From the NCBI GenBank assembly GCA_964016885.1, contig OZ024740.1:31558001-31622000 (forward strand): 64,000 nt of DNA, read 5' to 3'. The DNA is from Eledone cirrhosa (lineage: Eukaryota). Positions 62,328 to 64,000 of this stretch are shown in pieces. The notes under the pieces are model-generated. The model ran no database searches, was not told the origin of the DNA, and was given only the letters and a program-made list of their open reading frames with translations. A program made the position numbers and the translations under genes. Position 1 is the stretch's first letter. Each line of letters opens with the position of its first letter.

Positions 62328-63072
62328 TAAAACAAAAAACAAAAAACAATAATGAAGAGTGCAGTACAAAGTGTTAGTATTAGGTTCGTGCTTGAGAGTG
62401 GGGGGTGGGGGACATATATATATTTAATATATATGTAATATATATGTAATAATCACCCAGAAGGTGGTGAATTGACAAAGTCATTTGATCAATTCTTCCT
62501 TTAACACTCACTTACACACATACAAACATACACAGACAGACACACACTTTCGCTCTCTCTCCTCTCTCTTTCACTCTTTCTTTCTTTACAGACAAACTTA
62601 CTTCATACTAGAGTTGATTTTTGTTCTAAATGTTTTTGAAAAAACCAGATCTAAAAATGACCATTTTTTAAAATCCTGATATTATCCCGTGTATTCTTTC
62701 TTTTTTAAGATAGTAAGATGTAATTTTGGAAAGATTTGGTTGCTATTTCTAGCAGAGTGATCAACTACAAAGAAGCTTCCTTGTTGGTTTATTTGTTAGT
62801 AGTGTTAGTAACACGTATGTGCTATTTAATTCTGTATTTATATATTTATTCAGATATTTAACTGTCAATATGTTAAACTAACCATTTACTTGTACATCTT
62901 TTGTCCATTTTAGGCTGTTCGTTTCCTTGATGATACAGGTGTACTACGACATTTTGATGAAGCTGGTCACCAATTAAAAGATCTGTTCTTCATCGACCCT
63001 GCTTGGTTATGTAGAATGTTGGCACAAATTGTTACAGTGAAACAAATTAATCCTTTTGTGACTGAACAAGGG
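9558..63072 (+). CDS. LRRK2: LRRK2-like Roco protein gene, partial (20 internal exons: linker, LRR, Roc GTPase, N-terminal COR)
   Basis: 20 AG/GT-bounded exons join in compatible phases into one stop-free frame. Motifs [17 protein letters not shown] (P-loop), [29 protein letters not shown] and [14 protein letters not shown]...[18 protein letters not shown] are colinear with human LRRK2 LRR-Roc-COR as recalled. Orthology was not tested by phylogeny. Confidence 0.85.
10031..10140 (+). CDS. LRRK2: LRRK2-like exon B (linker)
   Basis: Long T-tract ttccag|AA...TCAAAG|gtaggc, phase 1-0; [37 protein letters not shown]. Confidence 0.75.
10400..10750 (+). mobile_element. 3' fragment of a restriction-like-endonuclease non-LTR element (CRE/NeSL-like)
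   Basis: ORF 10435-10716: AEEAKLSKY...[16 protein letters not shown]...LSLAVLRGN, the typical C-terminal REL signature. Confidence 0.7.
10790..10960 (-). mobile_element. LINE APE endonuclease N-terminal remnant
   Basis: Minus-strand [21 protein letters not shown]. Confidence 0.6.
11895..12805 (+). mobile_element. Degenerate RTE LINE 3' portion
   Basis: [30 protein letters not shown]; (ATG)n tail. Confidence 0.85.
13392..13434 (-). ncRNA. Second hammerhead motif in the inverted 5' pLTR
   Basis: Reverse complement of 15094-15136 with one stem I change (TGAC to TAAC). Confidence 0.68.
13836..14894 (+). pseudogene. PLE RT C-terminus + GIY-YIG endonuclease (truncated ORF)
   Basis: Translated ORF has [13 protein letters not shown], a Zn-knuckle linker and GIY-YIG motifs. 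The upstream YVDD segment is cut off by a stop/frameshift. Confidence 0.88.
15094..15136 (+). ncRNA. Minimal type-I hammerhead ribozyme motif in the 3' pLTR
   Basis: GTCA-CTGAAGA-G-GTCACA(gagtg)TGTGAC-GAAA-GAAC-TA-TGAC: stem I GTCA/TGAC, core CUGANGA...GAAA, 6-bp stem II, very short stem III, UA cleavage site. Confidence 0.75.
15671..15794 (+). CDS. LRRK2: LRRK2-like exon C (Ser/acidic linker)
   Basis: ttacag|AAA...AAAA|gtatgt, phase 0-1; [41 protein letters not shown]. Confidence 0.75.
16412..16537. repeat. 54-bp inverted repeat with an 18-nt spacer next to (CT)n(TA)n
   Basis: 16412-16465 vs 16484-16537, one mismatch. Confidence 0.9.
17906..18590 (-). mobile_element. RTE 3' end with a G-rich minisatellite in the UTR
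   Basis: [11 protein letters not shown]...GRPRKT; (gggaggtgcatggaagggg)n at ~18177-18262; (CAT)n tail. Confidence 0.8.
18904..19130 (+). CDS. LRRK2: LRRK2-like exon D (first LRRs)
   Basis: tttcag|AA...TTTAAT|gtaaga, phase 1-0; LNLSYNNIL and [14 protein letters not shown] fit the LRR consensus. Confidence 0.9.
19181..19393 (-). mobile_element. 3' UTR fragment of the same CR1/L2-group LINE
   Basis: Reverse complement of ~4418-4627, including the (ATT)n tail. Confidence 0.85.
20530..20640 (+). CDS. LRRK2: LRRK2-like exon E (LRR)
   Basis: ttttag|TTT...AATAGG|gtgtgt, phase 0-0; [37 protein letters not shown]. Confidence 0.9.
20659..21920. repeat. ~1.26-kb (CAC/CAT)n trinucleotide repeat with higher-order structure, filling most of intron E-F
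   Basis: Seen directly; recurrent variant blocks cactgccac...aaccaacac. Confidence 0.97.
21965..22101 (+). CDS. LRRK2: LRRK2-like exon F (LRR)
   Basis: tttcag|ATT...AAAAA|gtgaga, phase 0-2; [18 protein letters not shown]. Confidence 0.9.
22137..22207. repeat. (CTT)n microsatellite ~35 bp downstream of the exon F donor
   Basis: Seen directly. Confidence 0.95.
22776..22927 (+). CDS. LRRK2: LRRK2-like exon G (LRR)
   Basis: ttgtag|C...TTAG|gtaagt, phase 2-1; [18 protein letters not shown]. Confidence 0.9.
24121..24244 (+). CDS. LRRK2: LRRK2-like exon H (LRR)
   Basis: ttgcag|AA...CCCAG|gtaaaa, phase 1-2; [15 protein letters not shown]. Confidence 0.9.
26609..26720 (+). CDS. LRRK2: LRRK2-like exon I (LRR)
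   Basis: ttttag|T...TGTGAG|gtaagt, phase 2-0; [33 protein letters not shown] (cf. LRRK2 PGPAHWKSLNLRELLFSHN). Confidence 0.9.
26802..27059. mobile_element. hAT-like MITE with an internal 21-bp tandem repeat (~7 copies, 26860-27016)
   Basis: Termini cagtggtgtattgctg / cagcaatacactt; unit approximately agaaaattagttatttttgta. Confidence 0.6.
27488..27627. repeat. 28-bp tandem repeat, 5 copies
   Basis: (acaaataatagggtgtgtatgaatgtat)n. Confidence 0.9.
28048..28270. mobile_element. Tc1/pogo-like MITE just upstream of exon J
   Basis: tactgtatatactcgaatataagc ... gcttatatttgagtatatatgg inverted termini. Confidence 0.65.
28300..28374 (+). CDS. LRRK2: LRRK2-like exon J (LRR)
   Basis: ttatag|TTG...ACCAAG|gtatat, phase 0-0; [25 protein letters not shown]. 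Confidence 0.9.
28797..28907 (+). CDS. LRRK2: LRRK2-like exon K (last LRRs)
   Basis: ctttag|CTT...TGGGAG|gtatca, phase 0-0; [37 protein letters not shown]. Confidence 0.92.
30950..31350 (+). mobile_element. RTE-type LINE 3' fragment; a short inverted copy lies at ~30455-30600
   Basis: LY.HESWVMT...EMGF...[16 protein letters not shown]...RDRPRARW. Confidence 0.7.
32487..32582 (+). CDS. LRRK2: LRRK2-like exon L (LRR-Roc linker)
   Basis: cttcag|ATG...AAAAAT|gtaaga, phase 0-0; [32 protein letters not shown]. Confidence 0.88.
32900..33165 (+). mobile_element. RTE 3' end fragment (subfamily C)
   Basis: [13 protein letters not shown]...; tail matches 43707-43800 in reverse. Confidence 0.8.
33299..34705 (-). 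mobile_element. RTE LINE 3' portion (subfamily B) with 3' UTR and (CAT)n tail
   Basis: ORF 33896-34603 is nearly identical in protein to the C-terminal part of 38834-40315. Confidence 0.9.
34857..38390 (-). mobile_element. Near-full-length RTE-clade LINE (APE endonuclease + RT + PHD-like Cys region), frameshifted, with a 3' internal deletion
   Basis: Minus-strand [58 protein letters not shown]; (CAT)n tail at 34857. Confidence 0.93.
38566..38603 (+). ncRNA. Degenerate hammerhead-like motif inside a (TA)n-flanked foldback element (38405-38665)
   Basis: ACTT-GTGAAAA-GCAG(aagaa)CTGC-GAAA-CCGG-TA-AAGG. Stem II and palindromic ACCGGT are intact; the core has two substitutions relative to CUGANGA. 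Confidence 0.45.
38690..40892 (+). mobile_element. 5'-truncated RTE LINE (subfamily B) with a 493-aa open RT region and (GAT)n tail
   Basis: ORF 38834-40315 has [27 protein letters not shown] and YLG. Confidence 0.93.
40892..41196. repeat. ~300-bp foldback (palindromic) element with a (TA)n insertion in one arm
   Basis: Outer arms 40892-40974 / 41113-41196; inner arms 40976-41028 / 41030-41075. Confidence 0.9.
41407..42020. mobile_element. Cluster of three short RTE 3'-UTR/tail fragments (two +, one -) between (TA)n and (GAT)n runs
   Basis: Repeated aggaagggcatccag...cccatgctagc.tggaaga..gacgt.aaacg(atg)n modules. Confidence 0.8.
42021..42452 (+). mobile_element. 3' end of a different non-LTR retrotransposon (RTE/RTE-X-like)
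   Basis: VESVLLY.SEAWTL...[13 protein letters not shown]...RRLRL.GH...LLWEP.HG...RGRP; (TAGA)n tail. Confidence 0.75.
42945..43084 (+). CDS. LRRK2: LRRK2-like exon M (Roc P-loop, switch I)
   Basis: ttgtag|TGC...TGGAA|gtaagc, phase 0-2; [20 protein letters not shown]...[10 protein letters not shown]. Confidence 0.93.
43707..44578 (-). mobile_element. RTE LINE 3' portion (subfamily C) ending ~125 bp upstream of exon N
   Basis: Minus-strand FRYLGDQIS...RRLRWYGHV...GRPRKTW; (CAT)n tail. Confidence 0.9.
44704..44824 (+). CDS. LRRK2: LRRK2-like exon N (Roc switch II)
   Basis: atccag|A...TATCTG|gtcagt, phase 2-0; [25 protein letters not shown]. Confidence 0.93.
44925..46965 (+). mobile_element. 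Old, heavily degenerate RTE LINE (endonuclease to RT)
   Basis: Fragments [41 protein letters not shown], with many stops. Confidence 0.85.
47185..47445 (-). mobile_element. Second tRNA-derived SINE family; another copy starts at ~63915
   Basis: Minus strand tggcttagtggttagagc...gagttcaattc...tccttaagcaagacact; (CA)n tail. Confidence 0.75.
47578..47701 (+). CDS. LRRK2: LRRK2-like exon O (Roc, G4)
   Basis: tatcag|GTT...CGAG|gtatgt, phase 0-1; VVFDLR...[22 protein letters not shown]. Confidence 0.93.
48392..48575. repeat. ~80-bp tandem duplication (about 2.3 copies) of RTE-3'-UTR-like sequence
   Basis: ggccaactggccagacc...gagcagggtacgacat repeated. Confidence 0.8.
48971..49202. mobile_element. 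piggyBac-like MITE (second family)
   Basis: TTAA|cctcttcagtgctgta...tacggcagtcaacagg|TTAA; imperfect TIRs. Confidence 0.6.
49296..49352 (+). CDS. LRRK2: LRRK2-like exon P (Roc)
   Basis: tttcag|GT...CCAC|gtatgt, phase 1-1; [19 protein letters not shown]. Confidence 0.8.
49539..49746. mobile_element. piggyBac-like MITE (TTAA|CCCTTTAG...CTAAAGGG|TTAA); related copies at ~51609-51828 and ~59301-59504
   Basis: Terminal inverted repeats ccctttagtattt/aaatactaaaggg with a TTAA target duplication. Confidence 0.8.
50498..51025 (-). mobile_element. RTE LINE 3' end (subfamily A)
   Basis: [22 protein letters not shown]...; 3' UTR matches 53660-53970 in reverse; (CAT)n tail. Confidence 0.9.
52955..53971 (+). 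mobile_element. 5'-truncated RTE LINE (subfamily A)
   Basis: ORFs 52772-53134 and 53219-53668; (GAT)n tail. Confidence 0.9.
54065..54565. repeat. Minisatellite of 7 x 73-bp units, each containing a long hairpin
   Basis: Units start at 54065, 54138, 54211, 54284, 54357, 54430, 54503; stem taaagagagaggagtagt / actactcctctctcttta. Confidence 0.95.
54912..57404 (+). mobile_element. 5'-truncated RTE LINE (subfamily A), RT with frameshift and stops
   Basis: ORF 54860-56311 has a complete RT core; (GAT)n tail near 57380-57404. Confidence 0.93.
58179..58275 (+). CDS. LRRK2: LRRK2-like exon Q (end of Roc)
   Basis: ttacag|AC...GATTC|gtgagt, phase 1-2; [27 protein letters not shown]. Confidence 0.88.
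58757..58814. repeat. 58-bp near-perfect palindrome
   Basis: 28-bp arms with one G/T mismatch and a 2-nt centre. Confidence 0.9.
59217..59271 (+). CDS. LRRK2: LRRK2-like exon R (Roc-COR junction)
   Basis: ccacag|A...TATTTG|gtaaat, phase 2-0; [18 protein letters not shown] (cf. FKIRDQLVVGQLIPDCY). Confidence 0.9.
59959..60087 (+). CDS. LRRK2: LRRK2-like exon S (COR-A)
   Basis: ttacag|AAA...AATCAG|gtataa, phase 0-0; [28 protein letters not shown]. Confidence 0.88.
60697..61584 (-). mobile_element. Non-autonomous Helitron-like element
   Basis: Minus strand begins TCTATATATCTAAAACAGAGAATGTCTGTCTGTCC and ends cccgagcaacgccagg...ctgCTAG|T. Confidence 0.75.
62914..63072 (+). CDS. LRRK2: LRRK2-like exon T (COR-A)
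   Basis: ttttag|GCT...CAAGGG|gtgaga, phase 0-0; [43 protein letters not shown]. Confidence 0.93.
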
Positions 63073-63189
63073 GTGAGATAATTTTTTACATTATATTTAT
63101 CATATAAACTCATGTATAAGTCCCACCAATAGATAAGTCATGCCTCCATTTTATATAGAACATTTACAATGCACCATATATTTCAAATT

Positions 63190-63517
63190 GGGATTTTGTA
63201 GGAACAGTAGCTAAATTACATGCTAGTTTTTCATGCCTTATTTTCATGGAAAAATATTAACTTACCGTATTTCCCGGTTCTGAAGACGCTTCATCCTTGA
63301 GGATGCACCCTAATTTTGACAACCAAAAATTTGAAAAAAGATAATAAACAACCTTCGGCCTCCAGGATGCATGGTAGATTTTTGAGACTTATTTTAGGAA
63401 AAAAGTAGCGTCTTTGACACCAGGAAATAGAGTATATATCAGCATAAGTTAACATTTTTCCATGAAAATATGGCATGAAAAACCAGCATGTGACTTAGCT
63501 ATTGATCCTACAAAACT
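63190..63517. mobile_element. Tc1/pogo-like MITE (63265-63436) nested inside a ~75-bp inverted-repeat element
   Basis: TA|CCGTATTTCCCGG...CCAGGAAATAGAG|TA; outer arms ~63192-63263 and ~63446-63517 are reverse complements. Confidence 0.65.
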
Positions 63518-64000
63518 TCATTTTGAATTATACATGAAAGCACATGGTTTAGTGGTTAGAACCTTGGATTCACAATAGTGATCATAGAGGCTGCAGAAAG
63601 GGTTATAATAGGAGTGATGACAGTAGTAGGGGTAATGGTGGGAGGGGGAGGGGGTTACGGTGCTGCTGTTATTTAACCCCTTACTCAACAGACTTATATT
63701 TATAGGTGTTTCACCCATAACTATCCTATTTTGTTTTTGTCATTGTTTTTATTTTTCTCTAGCATATTGTATGTAGAATTACATTATCCAATATGTCCTT
63801 CCTTTTTTAAGAAAGTAGAGTGTGATTTGAGGAAAGTTTGGTTATTATTTCTAGTAGGTCAGGCAACATATAATTTTTATTAGTTTCTTTTGTGTGTGTG
63901 TGGTAATGATGTGTGTGAGTGTGTGACAGCTCACACCTATGCAGGGTTAGCTGGCCTCCTCCAAGGTATATCTCGTTGGAGGTGTCTTGGGTAATTTAAT

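Overview
This is AT-rich, intron-dominated animal genomic DNA. The SINE, RTE and microsatellite landscape suggests a coleoid cephalopod (octopus-like), which is an inference. The window holds 20 phase-compatible internal exons (9558-63072, + strand, 2417 nt, about 805 codons) of an LRRK2-like Roco gene: a Ser-rich linker, the LRRs, the Roc GTPase and the start of COR. The N-terminal exons and the kinase/WD40 exons lie outside the window. The introns are packed with RTE-type LINEs, CR1/L2-type LINE fragments, tRNA-derived SINEs, non-autonomous Helitrons, TTAA- and TA-flanked MITEs, and simple repeats. Five observations stand out. (1) A 5'-truncated Penelope-like element (RT + GIY-YIG) sits in (TA)n with ~450-bp inverted pLTRs, each carrying a minimal hammerhead-ribozyme motif. 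(2) Several short (TA)n-embedded foldback elements carry hammerhead-like remnants and a shared terminal motif. (3) The Roc domain has Ras-like Gly/Gln residues, Gln at the R1441-equivalent position and Asp at the S1292-equivalent position. (4) Kilobase inverted RTE pairs bracket the Roc exons. (5) A 7x73-bp array of hairpins lies in one intron. All calls are by eye; no alignments, folding or database searches were run, and repeat boundaries are approximate.
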